From: a virus
Direction: 5' to 3' (one strand)
Length of the DNA stretch: 64,000 nucleotides
Virus record (IMG/VR): IMGVR_UViG_3300046519_000190
Span: 46,852-110,851 of that record
Shown: piece after piece, positions 1 through 9,884 of the stretch
How the letters are laid out: each line of letters starts with the position of its first letter
Numbering within the stretch: the first letter of the stretch is position 1
Made by a program: the position numbers and the translations under genes
The notes under the pieces: model-generated
Seen by the model: the letters and a program-made list of their open reading frames with translations, nothing else
What the model was told of the DNA's origin: nothing
Database searches by the model: none

Positions 1-733
1 TCGGTTCATCGCTGCCGCTCGCTTCTGCGTCTGCGAAAGCCTTTTCGACTTTCTGGTTGCGCTCAGAAGCTTTAGCCGTCAGATCATCAACGACATAAGT
101 GCCGTCAGCCTGCATGCCTGGTTTCAGCCTGGTTTCAGCCTCTACCGTGATCGTCTCTTCGGCTTTAGGCTCGGTGAGTGCTTTCGCTTTCTTGAACGCC
201 GCGCGCAGGTCTTTCTCGATCTGACCGATTTCGGAGTTCGCGTCAATCTTGGCGAGAACAGGCTCGGTGATTGCAGAGTGATCGGCATCAGGGTCCAGGC
301 CAAATTCACCCGGCAGGCTCACCAACAGATCGATCACTTGCTCGGCCAGAGCAAGCTCTTTAGCCTGAGTGGCGTCTGGCGTTCCAACCATACCCAGCAT
401 CTTGGCTTGCTCAACGTCACCGCCGGCTGCTTCAAGCAATGCTGCGTCCAGTTGCTCCTGGGTGATTTCGGTTTCGAGGTCAGCAAGTGACGCCAGGTCA
501 TCGTCTTCGGCCGAAGGGGCGGGTTCAGCAGGCTTCGCAGCTACTGCTCTTGGACGAGTCTTGCGAGGTGGTTTCGGCAGCTCTTCAACGATTTCAGCAT
601 CGGTCACGTCGCTGTCGGTAACTGGATGCTTAGCCGTTGGGGCGTCAAGCTCGTCCAGTTGGCTGAGTTCGTCATCGTCAAGACCTGCAAGCAATGCTTC
701 CAGTTCGTCGATGTCGTTCACTTCTTTGGTCAT
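1..733 (-). CDS. Acidic, Ala/Glu/Asp-rich hypothetical protein, 3' end beyond the window
   Basis: Read by hand: ATG at 733, MTKEVNDIDELEALLAGLDDDELSQLDEL..., open to position 1; absent from the ORF track because no stop falls in the window. Confidence 0.7.
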   Translation of the reverse strand, partial: MTKEVNDIDELEALLAGLDDDELSQLDELDAPTAKHPVTDSDVTDAEIVEELPKPPRKTRPRAVAAKPAEPAPSAEDDDLASLADLETEITQEQLDAALLEAAGGDVEQAKMLGMVGTPDATQAKELALAEQVIDLLVSLPGEFGLDPDADHSAITEPVLAKIDANSEIGQIEKDLRAAFKKAKALTEPKAEETITVEAETRLKPGMQADGTYVVDDLTAKASERNQKVEKAFADAEASGSDEP

Positions 734-805
734 TGGGTGAGTCTCGCTGTTTGTGTGAGTGCGTCAGACGCTATTAAAGCGTACTGACGCTGGGGCTTCT
801 ATGGG

Positions 806-3800
806 TTACAAGTCGAAGATGTCAGCTACCTGCTGGAACACCTGGTCGAGTAAGGCTTGTTTGCTGGCGTCGAAACAGATCATCGCCGGGTTGAATCCGC
901 TGACCACAGTACAGTCGGTCTTTGGATCGAAGAAAGACTTGCCGCAGTTGTCTTCCCAGCCACCCTTGATATCCGCAACAAGCTGTCGAACCGCTTTGCT
1001 GCCGAGTGCGACGATCACCGGAGGCTTCAAGAGGGCGATTTCTCGATCCAGGAAGCGGGCACATCCGTTTGCGGTCGTGTTCTCAATCTCCTCTTCCTTG
1101 AGCTTGCGAGCCTTGATGAAGCTGGTGACGTACACATCGGACATCTTCAAGCCGGCTTTCGTCATCGCCGCTTTGATGAATGCTCCAGTATCACCCACCA
1201 TCATCTGACCCTTCTCTTCCTCTTTGTACGATGGGCCGTCCAGAACGATCATGACCTTCGGCTTCTTGCCCAGGACAGGTTGAGGGTGTCTGCGCCCAAT
1301 AAAGGGACAGCCGTCACAACCTTTGTTCGTTTGGAAGTCGTCGACAATCTGGATCAGTTCAGCGCTGACGTCGCCAGTGATTTCGATCACGCGCTCTGCC
1401 TTGACGTTGCTAACCACGATCCCAGGGAGAAGCTCCTTCTGGTCACGCAGACGATCCGGGTGTCGGCTGTCCAGTTGACCTGGCTCGATCTTCGCGAACG
1501 CACCGATCTTATCCAGAACCTCCTGGTGACGCTTGTTGCATGCGCGCCGGTCAACTTCGAGGATCAACTCCGCTTTGTTCTTGAACCCGCGACCCAGCTT
1601 CTTACGAGCTTCCACGATTGCGTTGGCAGACTTGTCGCTCATGCCCTTGATCGATTGGAACGGTGCATACAGGATCTTCTGCCCTCTCGCTGCGTCAAAG
1701 CCGACCTCGTAGCGGTTCGAGCTGTGGTTGATGTCAGGGGGTACGATGTAGATATCGTTCGCCTGAGCATCTTTGGCGAGCCCTGAGAGCTTCTGTTCAT
1801 CCAGAATCGACAGACAGGCTGCATAGAACGCTTCGGGGTAGTAGACCTTCACCCACATGGTCATGTAGGAAATGAGGGTGTACGCAACTGAGTGGGATTT
1901 GTTGAAGCCATAGCCAGCGAACTTCTCGATCTGCTCGAAGATGAAGGTCGCGGTTGCGTGATCCAGGCCCGACGTTGCAATACAGCCGTCTACGAACTTG
2001 TCGCGCTGTTCGGCCATCTTCACCGGGTCTTTCTTACCCATGATCTTCCGGAGTCCGTCAGCCTCTGGGAACGTGTAGCCCGCGAGGTCTCGGGAAATCT
2101 GCATAACCTGCTCCTGGTACACCATCACAGACATCGTGGGTTCCAGTGCCGCTTTCATGTTCGGGTGAAGGTACTCAGGCTCGGTGAATTCCTTCTTGAT
2201 GGACACATACATATCCATCAGACCTGCTTTGATAGGGCCTGGTCGGAACAGAGCTGTTGCGGCAACACAGTCGTCGAAGGTCAGATTGCCCCCGCTACCG
2301 AGTTCCTTGAGCAGCTTGCGCATACCCCCAGACTCAAACTGGAACACCCCGTAGGTCTTGCCCTCTGCGAACGACTGGAGAACTTTCGGATCGTCGAGTG
2401 GAAGGGTGGTGAAGTCCACATCGATGCCGGCGCTCTCACGAATGTAATCCCGTGCGAGTCGAAGGATGTCCAAGTTGGACAGACCCAGCACGTCGAGCTT
2501 GATCAAGCCGAAGTCTTCGACGACCCGCTTGTCCCAGTTCACGATGCCCACGCCCTGGCGAGTGTTGACTACGCCACGTTCAACGATGTCTGTTCCTGCT
2601 ACAACCACACCCGCTGCGTGCTTGGCGAAGTTCTTGAACGTGCCCTGCAAACCTACAGATGCCGCCCAAACTTCCGGGTGGTTCAGTGCGAGCTTCTCCA
2701 ACTCGGGTACGAACGCAACCGCTTTCTCAAGTGGGATTGGTACGCCCGACTCTTTCGGCACCAGCTTCGAGCAGTCGTACTGGTTCTCATGCAGACCATG
2801 AGCCTTGCCCACCGCTTGAATAGCGCCAGCACCCGCGATGGTGTTGTAGTTCGCGATCTGGACGACACGATTGCTGCCGAACTTGCCCACCAGATGATCA
2901 ACGATGTCCTGACGGCGACTGGACATGAAGTCGAGGTCGATGTCGGGCAAGTCGATACGTTCCGGGTTGATGAATCGCTCGAAAATCAGGTTGAAACGGA
3001 TTGGGTCCACGTCAGTGATGCCCATCAGATATGCAACCAGGCTACCACCTACCGAACCCCGACCCGGGCCTACCATGATGTCGTCGTTCTTCGACCAATT
3101 GACGATGTAGTGAACCAACTGGAAGTAGGGCTCGAACTCCATCTTCTGGAGAATGCTCAGCTCGTACTTCAACCGCTCCTGATACTTGGGCAGCAGACTT
3201 GCGTCGGGCTTGTAGCCGAACACTTCTTTACCCAGACGCTCTTTCCAACCCTGCTTGCAGATGGCCACGATGTCAGCCATTGGACTCGACGACATGACGG
3301 GCAGACTTGGGGTCATCTTCGACCACTTGTAAGGGTGGTCTTTGAAGTAGGCTTGAGTTTTGCACCAGGCTTGGTTGAAAAGATCGGTCGCTGCATCGTC
3401 GTCGAAACCCATAGCCACTACACGATCGATCGCCAACCCCATGTGTGTGACAACCTCAGTTGCCTCGATCACATGAAGGTCTTCGGGCGGCTCACGGCGA
3501 AACATCCCATCAACTTTGTCATGCGACAAGATGGAGTTCATCGTGTTGCGGAACTTCGCCTCGTCTTTCTGATTGAGCGTGGGCCGGGTCATGATCCCTT
3601 CAATGCCCCGTTCCTGCATGAGTTTCAGCGTGTTGAAGTTGTGCGCGTTGTAGTACGCACTATCAACTGGGATCAGCTCGCACAGTAGCTGTGAGACGTC
3701 GAGCGCATAGCAGAGTGAATCTAGTACGCTCTCACGATGTTTGTGCTGTAGCACGCTATAAGCGCTGCCCAGGGTCATCGTTAGGTTGCCCCGAGTCATG

Positions 3801-4204
3801 AACCAGATCAACTCGTCCAAGCTGATCTGCATACGAGCAGGCTTGGTGCAGTAGTGGTCTTCACGCTGCGCGAGGGTCAACAACTCGCACAAGTCTTTGA
3901 AGCCCTCCTCGTTCCTCACATACAGAGAGGGTACGAAGAAAGGATTGGGCGCTTTCTTTGGCTCGCCCCGCTTCGCTGCTACCCAGTCCAAGTCATGGAC
4001 GACCGCAATCTGCACGCCCAGTCCTACTTTCAGGCCCTTTGCTTTGCCTGCGATGATCGGCATCGAGTCGATTGACTCCACGTCCGTCACCACGATGCCA
4101 TCATACCCGGCAAGCTCCGCTTTCTTTGCGAGGGCTTCCGGGTCGTAGATGGACTCTCCAAGTGAAAAATGGGTCTTGGCCCCCAACAGGTTATTCATGG
4201 TCAA
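806..4204 (-). CDS. dnaE: DNA polymerase III alpha subunit (family C) with a C-terminal uracil-DNA glycosylase family 4-like domain
   Basis: GPGRGSVGGSLVAY, FERFINPER, PDIDLDF, KHAAGVV, KLDVLGL, GVFQFES, YQEQVM and FAGYGFNKSHSVAY motifs; last ~170 aa CDGCP...VMIVLDGPS..EE..G...VG..G...FLDREIALLKPPVIVALG is UDG-F4-like. Confidence 0.95.
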   Translation of the reverse strand: MTMNNLLGAKTHFSLGESIYDPEALAKKAELAGYDGIVVTDVESIDSMPIIAGKAKGLKVGLGVQIAVVHDLDWVAAKRGEPKKAPNPFFVPSLYVRNEEGFKDLCELLTLAQREDHYCTKPARMQISLDELIWFMTRGNLTMTLGSAYSVLQHKHRESVLDSLCYALDVSQLLCELIPVDSAYYNAHNFNTLKLMQERGIEGIMTRPTLNQKDEAKFRNTMNSILSHDKVDGMFRREPPEDLHVIEATEVVTHMGLAIDRVVAMGFDDDAATDLFNQAWCKTQAYFKDHPYKWSKMTPSLPVMSSSPMADIVAICKQGWKERLGKEVFGYKPDASLLPKYQERLKYELSILQKMEFEPYFQLVHYIVNWSKNDDIMVGPGRGSVGGSLVAYLMGITDVDPIRFNLIFERFINPERIDLPDIDLDFMSSRRQDIVDHLVGKFGSNRVVQIANYNTIAGAGAIQAVGKAHGLHENQYDCSKLVPKESGVPIPLEKAVAFVPELEKLALNHPEVWAASVGLQGTFKNFAKHAAGVVVAGTDIVERGVVNTRQGVGIVNWDKRVVEDFGLIKLDVLGLSNLDILRLARDYIRESAGIDVDFTTLPLDDPKVLQSFAEGKTYGVFQFESGGMRKLLKELGSGGNLTFDDCVAATALFRPGPIKAGLMDMYVSIKKEFTEPEYLHPNMKAALEPTMSVMVYQEQVMQISRDLAGYTFPEADGLRKIMGKKDPVKMAEQRDKFVDGCIATSGLDHATATFIFEQIEKFAGYGFNKSHSVAYTLISYMTMWVKVYYPEAFYAACLSILDEQKLSGLAKDAQANDIYIVPPDINHSSNRYEVGFDAARGQKILYAPFQSIKGMSDKSANAIVEARKKLGRGFKNKAELILEVDRRACNKRHQEVLDKIGAFAKIEPGQLDSRHPDRLRDQKELLPGIVVSNVKAERVIEITGDVSAELIQIVDDFQTNKGCDGCPFIGRRHPQPVLGKKPKVMIVLDGPSYKEEEKGQMMVGDTGAFIKAAMTKAGLKMSDVYVTSFIKARKLKEEEIENTTANGCARFLDREIALLKPPVIVALGSKAVRQLVADIKGGWEDNCGKSFFDPKTDCTVVSGFNPAMICFDASKQALLDQVFQQVADIFDL

Positions 4205-4743
4205 CTCCTGATGATCAATTTCTCATCGGCGATCCTGGCAATACCAAGACCTGTCACGACCGACACCCCAATACTTGCCTGCGATGCTGCTACAGACGGG
4301 CTGTGCCCTAGTTTGTCTTTCAGTTCCAGCATGTAGGTGTAGCGATCAACTGGCCCTTTCAAGAGCAGGTCGAACAAAACAGAAACGGCGAGAGGCTTCT
4401 GATCCCGGATTGGGTTCACACCCTCGATCAACATCTTGCGAAAGTTGACCTTCGTCCTGAGTAGGGAAGCTGCTACGCGCTGCGCGTTCTCAGGAATCAT
4501 ACTGATTAGTTTCTGGGCAGTCTCAGGCAAGTCAGCGTCGAATCTGGGTTGCTCTGCGAGCTTCTCAGAGCCTTTGTGAGACATCTTGAGGATTGCATCT
4601 ACGCTGATGAGGGGTCGAAGCTCCTCGATGCGCTGGCGAGCTGCTGTGCGGCACTCTGACGAGTATTCGCATGCCTGGCATACGATGGACTTGACGCTGT
4701 AGGTAATGGCGTTGCCAAAGCACCCGGGTTTGTCGAATTGCAT
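4201..4743 (-). CDS. Hypothetical protein with N-terminal Cys cluster (possible Zn binding)
   Basis: RBS AGGAG before ATG at 4743; CFG..x10..CQACEYSSEC; stop overlaps the dnaE start. Confidence 0.65.
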   Translation of the reverse strand: MQFDKPGCFGNAITYSVKSIVCQACEYSSECRTAARQRIEELRPLISVDAILKMSHKGSEKLAEQPRFDADLPETAQKLISMIPENAQRVAASLLRTKVNFRKMLIEGVNPIRDQKPLAVSVLFDLLLKGPVDRYTYMLELKDKLGHSPSVAASQASIGVSVVTGLGIARIADEKLIIRS

Positions 4744-4766
4744 CCACCGAACTCCTACGTTGAAGA

Positions 4767-4795
4767 CAAAAAAGCAGGTCACGAAGACCTGCTTT
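4767..4795 (-). terminator. Intrinsic terminator
   Basis: AAAGCAGGTC-ttcgt-GACCTGCTTT hairpin running into a T tract on the minus strand. Confidence 0.7.
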
Positions 4796-4812
4796 CTCAA
4801 TTGCTGCCGATG

Positions 4813-6042
4813 TTACGCGAGGATACGTTTCGCGACACCCAGCGCAGCTTCTTTTTCTGCTTCTGGCAGACGGTTGCAGTAGGCATACATCGCGCCTTCT
4901 ACGAAGTCCGCTTTCATCATGCCGATGCGAGCGATGTTGATGGCAACGCGAGGCCCGATGGTCAGCGAAACGATGTTCGGGAACGACTTGTGACGGATTT
5001 CGTCAGCGAACTGGCGAATACGTTTGGCGTCAGCTTCTGACAGGCCAGTCGCAGCGGCGATCATCGCGATTTCTTGCTTCTCTGGTGGGTAGTCCACCAT
5101 CGCTACAACACCGAAACGCTCGATGGTCGCGGCGTCTTGGGTGATGGTTGCTTGGTACAGGCCGGATTGGTCGCCAGTACCGTTCGTGTTGCCCGTTGCT
5201 GCGAATGCGAACAGAGGGTGAGGCTTGATCACACGCAGATGTGGCGGGGCGTTTTTGATGATCAGCGGCTCGCCTTCGAGGATCGCTTGGTACGCAGACA
5301 GAACGGTTGGGCTTGAACGGTCGATTTCGTCAGCCAGGTAGGTCCAGCCGTTCTGCATGGCAGTAGGCAGTGGACCCAGCTCGAACTCAGTGACCGATAC
5401 AGCAGAGCCATCCGGGTTGATGTGAGGCTTGACGACCCACTGGCCGACGATGTGCGACTCTTCGGTGTCGACAGTGTGCTGGAAGCGGAACAGACGACGA
5501 TTCAAACCGGCGCACATTTGCTTGAAGATCGAGGACTTACCAACGCCAGAGTGGCCGTACAGGAAGATCGGGGTACGCAGTTCGAGCGCCATCATCACGG
5601 TCTTGGTCAGATCGGGGTTCAGGATGTAGTTGTCGTTCCAGGCTGGGACCATGTGCTCGTCAGTACCGCCGCGACGGGCGTCAGCAGTGCAAGGGATGCC
5701 GGTGCCAGCTTTGGTGTACGCAGACTTGGTGCTCTTCGGGAAGCGGAAGACTTCGTGGAAGAAGACCTTCTCGACATCAGGATCGGCCGATGCAGCGGGT
5801 TTCGCGCCAGCACCAGGGTTGGCGGCGGCAACTTTAGCCTCTTCGGCTTCGCGCTTCGCTTTCATTTCGGCCATTTTCAGCTTGGCCGTTTCAGACAGCA
5901 GCTCTGCGTCTGGGAATTTGGCACGATAAGTTTCGAGGTCCATCGAAACGGCCGAGTCCTCGCTGTGCGCAGTCTTGAGGTGGTTTGCAATGCTGTGTAC
6001 TTCTTCGCCGCATACTTCGCACTTGATTTTATCGTTGCTCAC
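4813..6042 (-). CDS. CobS-like MoxR-family AAA+ ATPase with N-terminal C2H2 zinc finger
   Basis: CEVC..HLKTAH; Walker A GHSGVGKS; Walker B YLADEID; ATGNTNGTGD; ERF; GTG start chosen from RBS GAGG. Confidence 0.85.
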   Translation of the reverse strand: MSNDKIKCEVCGEEVHSIANHLKTAHSEDSAVSMDLETYRAKFPDAELLSETAKLKMAEMKAKREAEEAKVAAANPGAGAKPAASADPDVEKVFFHEVFRFPKSTKSAYTKAGTGIPCTADARRGGTDEHMVPAWNDNYILNPDLTKTVMMALELRTPIFLYGHSGVGKSSIFKQMCAGLNRRLFRFQHTVDTEESHIVGQWVVKPHINPDGSAVSVTEFELGPLPTAMQNGWTYLADEIDRSSPTVLSAYQAILEGEPLIIKNAPPHLRVIKPHPLFAFAATGNTNGTGDQSGLYQATITQDAATIERFGVVAMVDYPPEKQEIAMIAAATGLSEADAKRIRQFADEIRHKSFPNIVSLTIGPRVAINIARIGMMKADFVEGAMYAYCNRLPEAEKEAALGVAKRILA

Positions 6043-6132
6043 TGGTGAATCCTCTCTTCGTTTAAGTTTAAGTTGTCGCGTTTGATTCAGTGAGCGCATT
6101 TTGTACGCTCACTGACGGGCGTTCAATGGGGT

Positions 6133-8217
6133 TTAGCTGGCAAGCAGCGCGTCCCGGAGTTGCTTGAGGACGATGCCTGGCAGCTCTTCGACGTTATCCA
6201 GCTTGACGTTCTTGCGGTAGAAGTTCTGCACGGCGTTGGACATGATGCCGACACCGACGATGTTCGTACCGTCTTTCTCGATGCGCTTGACCACTGCTTT
6301 CAAGTGGGCGTTCAGCTTGGCACCAGGCACACCACCAGCAGGTTGACCATCGCTGAACACGATCATCATCTTGCCTTTCTTCTTGCCCCGATTGGCATGT
6401 CGGCACAGGGACTCGTAGGCATACTGCACAGACTCGCCGTCGATGTTCGAAGCCATCGATGACTGGACGTGAGCGTAGCTCGCCATGCGCTTCTTGACTT
6501 CGATGGAGAACTTCTCTTTGAAGGTCTTGAACATCGGCAGTCGAAGTGGCTCACAGCGATCCCAGGACCGGCCGCTGTTGTGCTCTTCGCACATTTCTTT
6601 GTACAGGTCTTTCGACCGCTGAGCGTACAAGTCGCCAGTCGTGAAGCCCATGATTTCGCAATCGACACCCAGACGACCCAGGACGTCTGCAAGCACCCAC
6701 GCAGAACACATGGCTGTATGAATCTTGGCACCGCCCATCGAACCAGAGCAGTCGATCACCAGCGACACGGCTACTTCCCGGGTCTTGTGCTCGATCTTGT
6801 TCTTGTAGATGTGGTCGTCGCCGGCAGTCAGACGATACAGGTTGTTCGACGACAGCTTGCCTTTACGCAGACCCTGTTGAGTCAGCGACTTGTTCCGGGC
6901 TGCGAACGCTCGTTCGAGGTTGCGAGACACTGGGCCGACCATGCCCATGATGGCTTTTTCCATGTCTTCGAGCCATTTCGGGCTGTAAGATGATGGCACT
7001 TTGGGCGCTTCGAGCTGATCCCATTCGCGAGTGAAGACGGTGTAGTCTTCCTCTTCCATTTCTGTCGAACACAGATCGGTGACGTACTGGCCAAACTCAG
7101 TGCCGATATCCTGGGTTTTGTTCCAGTCGAAGTCCTTGAGGTAGTTGGCGCCACCGTATTCAGCTTGTGCGGACTCGGTGTCTTCTTGAGGGCCTTTGTT
7201 CTCTTGCTGGCTGCTGATGCCGTCACCGCCGTCGCTAGCTTCTTCCTCACGACGCTCACCATCATTGCTGCCTTCGCCCTCATCTTCCTCGTCGGCATCG
7301 TCTTCGCCGTCTTCCTCTTCGCCGGCCCCATCTTCGGCTTCTTCATCTTCGGGAAGTTCTTCTTTGTCGCCTTTGCCGCCAGAACCTCCTTCTTCCTCTT
7401 CACCCTCTTCGTCGAGGGCACCGCCACCAGCGCCTTTGTTACCCTTCGGTGGCTTGCTGCCCTTTTTGCCACCACCTTTACCGCCCATGCCGCCCGCACC
7501 ACTGCCACCACCCTTGCCCGATTTGCTCGGGTCTTCATCACCGAATGGGTTGTTGCCGTCGCCTTCTGGGGGTTCACCCATGACCACGTTGCGAATCTGC
7601 TTCGCCATGTCGTAGCAGTCAGACGCTTTGGTCATCGTCTTCATCTTGGAAGCGATTGGGTCAAGCTGCTTCTGAATGCCGGCGATCAGGGACCACTTGT
7701 CGCTCATGTAGTCCTGGAAGAACTTCTGACCACCCCAAGCACGCAATGCGGGGATCGCGAGGACTTGGAACAGCTCTTGCTCTTCGGCGCCGTTTGCGAG
7801 GGCTTCTTTCAGCTTCGGCGTGATGAACTTGTCCACGAACGTTTGGTGCATGTTCGCGAGGTTGTGGCGAGAACCCTGGAAGTTCTTGACCATTTCCTTC
7901 TCGCAGAAGAAGGATTCGAGCGGGTTATACAGACCGCTCATATTCTCGTGAGTCGCACGCAGGTTCGATTTGCCGTCTGCGTACAGGACTTTGGAGATTT
8001 CGCTGTCGAGGAAGCCTTGAATCGCGTCGATCAGCTCTTCGCTGGCGTCGTCCGGGATCATCGGCAAGTTGACGCGCGTTGCCTTCATGGTACGTTCGTC
8101 ATACTTCACGAACGCCTTTACACCCGATTGGGTGACGAGAACTTTGCCGTCAGAGAGGATTTGCGCAATCTTGGTGATTGCTTCCCTCATGATAACGACG
8201 CGTTGAGTGCGATCCAT
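6133..8217 (-). CDS. CobT-like von Willebrand factor A protein with acidic/Gly linker
   Basis: MIDAS DCSGSM, FSDGQP, long D/E/G-rich linker, adjacent to the MoxR ATPase. Confidence 0.85.
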   Translation of the reverse strand: MDRTQRVVIMREAITKIAQILSDGKVLVTQSGVKAFVKYDERTMKATRVNLPMIPDDASEELIDAIQGFLDSEISKVLYADGKSNLRATHENMSGLYNPLESFFCEKEMVKNFQGSRHNLANMHQTFVDKFITPKLKEALANGAEEQELFQVLAIPALRAWGGQKFFQDYMSDKWSLIAGIQKQLDPIASKMKTMTKASDCYDMAKQIRNVVMGEPPEGDGNNPFGDEDPSKSGKGGGSGAGGMGGKGGGKKGSKPPKGNKGAGGGALDEEGEEEEGGSGGKGDKEELPEDEEAEDGAGEEEDGEDDADEEDEGEGSNDGERREEEASDGGDGISSQQENKGPQEDTESAQAEYGGANYLKDFDWNKTQDIGTEFGQYVTDLCSTEMEEEDYTVFTREWDQLEAPKVPSSYSPKWLEDMEKAIMGMVGPVSRNLERAFAARNKSLTQQGLRKGKLSSNNLYRLTAGDDHIYKNKIEHKTREVAVSLVIDCSGSMGGAKIHTAMCSAWVLADVLGRLGVDCEIMGFTTGDLYAQRSKDLYKEMCEEHNSGRSWDRCEPLRLPMFKTFKEKFSIEVKKRMASYAHVQSSMASNIDGESVQYAYESLCRHANRGKKKGKMMIVFSDGQPAGGVPGAKLNAHLKAVVKRIEKDGTNIVGVGIMSNAVQNFYRKNVKLDNVEELPGIVLKQLRDALLAS

Positions 8218-8298
8218 AGTTTCAACCTGTTTGAGTGTTTGTTTACAGAACAGAGTATGCGCGAAAGAAACTGGGGACACGCGGTCCCCAGCAGGTAG

Positions 8299-8487
8299 TT
8301 ATTCGAGAGGTATCACCTGCTCGACGTAGAAGGCTCGACCATTGTGAAAGTCCTCATCCATTGCATTGGCTGCAACGTGACCCATTTCGCGAGCGGCGTC
8401 TTCGTCATCGGCATAGACGCTGATGTGGCGAGTCTCTGGCGACCCTGAACATTCGCGGATCACGATCAAGAAGTTGGTTCGGCTCAT
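8299..8487 (-). CDS. Small hypothetical protein
   Basis: ATGA overlap with the ligase stop. Confidence 0.55.
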   Translation of the reverse strand: MSRTNFLIVIRECSGSPETRHISVYADDEDAAREMGHVAANAMDEDFHNGRAFYVEQVIPLE

Positions 8488-9884
8488 GCTGGTTCCACCG
8501 CGTTGTCGAACTGTTCCACAACCTGGGCGTAAGTGTCAGCCACAGACTTGTCCAGGCGACGATCGACATAGACTGGCAGAAACAGGCTGTGCTTCTTCTT
8601 GCCGTCTTTGCTGACCATGATTTCGTTGGACTTAACGGTGATGATGGCCCCGATCCACTCTTCGCGAGCCTCGTTGATTTCACGGCGCAGTTCATCGCTG
8701 AACCCGGTGCCCACGTTGACTTCGAGCAGGCTATCAGAAGTCCGGCACATCAGTGATCCGAAAGTCAGTTCGGTCTTGGCGCCCTCTTTGCCCTCTTCGA
8801 AGTCGAATACTTCCAGCTCGACAGGCACTTCCTGCTTGAGCTTGACCTGATCTTTGGAAGTACCGTCCTTCCAGATCATCGTCGGCTTCTTGACGATCGT
8901 GCCTTCTTGCTTGCGACGGCGAGCAGCCATGTAGTGGTCCATCGCTTCCTGATAGCTGCGAACCACTTTCGTTTCGATGATAGCGATCAGACTATCTTCC
9001 CGCTTCGCTCTGAGCATGCCCACAGCGCTGTTGAGCATGCGCAGACGATTCAGATAGGGGACGTTGTAGCTTCCCTTCTTCACAGCGCTGGTCAGCGGGA
9101 TAACATCCCACAGAACCGCTGTCAGCGTGTAGCCGGGTTGCAGCTCGGTGCCCTGGATCAGCTTGTTGATCATGCCGTTGCCGACTTCGCGAGCCAGGAT
9201 ATTGCCGGCCGAGTCTTCGACAAGAAGCTCACCGTGAGTCTGTGCGCCTGCTTCGAAGTCTTCGGTCAGCAGACCTCCAAACGCGATGCGGAATTGCTCA
9301 GCCAAACGGTCGAAGCTTGGGCTGCTTGGGAACGGTTGACCCTGACGGCTGGTGAAGTTGACGAAGGTCTTGTCGATGTTGCCATCAAAGAACATGCCGT
9401 CAGCTTTGATCTGGCTGATGACACCGGTGTTGAACGGCCATTCATCCAGCTTCGAGTCTTTCGGCAGCGAGCAGCGCATGTACGGGAAACAAGGGATGAA
9501 GTCTTTCTTCACCTTGTTCACGCTGTTCTCACCGAAGCCTGCTTTCAGGTCTTTGTTCATCACGCGCCACAACAGCTCGGCCGACTTCTCGTCGAGGCGT
9601 TTGTACTCAGTTTCGATGGCTGCTTTCGCTGCATCACCGGTCAGCGTGCGATCTTGCAAGTCTTTAAGCAGAATGAACGTCGATTCGCCCCACACGAAGT
9701 TGCCAGCGAAGCCGGTGTAACGAGCGGGACGAACCCCGAACGTGACGAAAGGGTTCAGAGCCAGGCTGAGGATGGACAGAAAGTCAGCCTCAGCCATGTA
9801 GCGTGTGAGCAAAGCCTGCTTGTCGTTCTTGCCGCTGACGAAGGCGATTTCTTCGATCGCCTTCATGACGTTTCTGGAGTTCAT
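8484..9884 (-). CDS. ATP-dependent DNA ligase
   Basis: KADG adenylation motif, HGELLV, EGTIVK, VKLK, OB-fold VGTGFS and SLFLPVY..RRLDK. Confidence 0.92.
   Translation of the reverse strand: MNSRNVMKAIEEIAFVSGKNDKQALLTRYMAEADFLSILSLALNPFVTFGVRPARYTGFAGNFVWGESTFILLKDLQDRTLTGDAAKAAIETEYKRLDEKSAELLWRVMNKDLKAGFGENSVNKVKKDFIPCFPYMRCSLPKDSKLDEWPFNTGVISQIKADGMFFDGNIDKTFVNFTSRQGQPFPSSPSFDRLAEQFRIAFGGLLTEDFEAGAQTHGELLVEDSAGNILAREVGNGMINKLIQGTELQPGYTLTAVLWDVIPLTSAVKKGSYNVPYLNRLRMLNSAVGMLRAKREDSLIAIIETKVVRSYQEAMDHYMAARRRKQEGTIVKKPTMIWKDGTSKDQVKLKQEVPVELEVFDFEEGKEGAKTELTFGSLMCRTSDSLLEVNVGTGFSDELRREINEAREEWIGAIITVKSNEIMVSKDGKKKHSLFLPVYVDRRLDKSVADTYAQVVEQFDNAVEPA

Noticed and set aside
857-3688. Plus-strand ORFs of 309 and 598 aa
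   Set aside because: Antisense to dnaE
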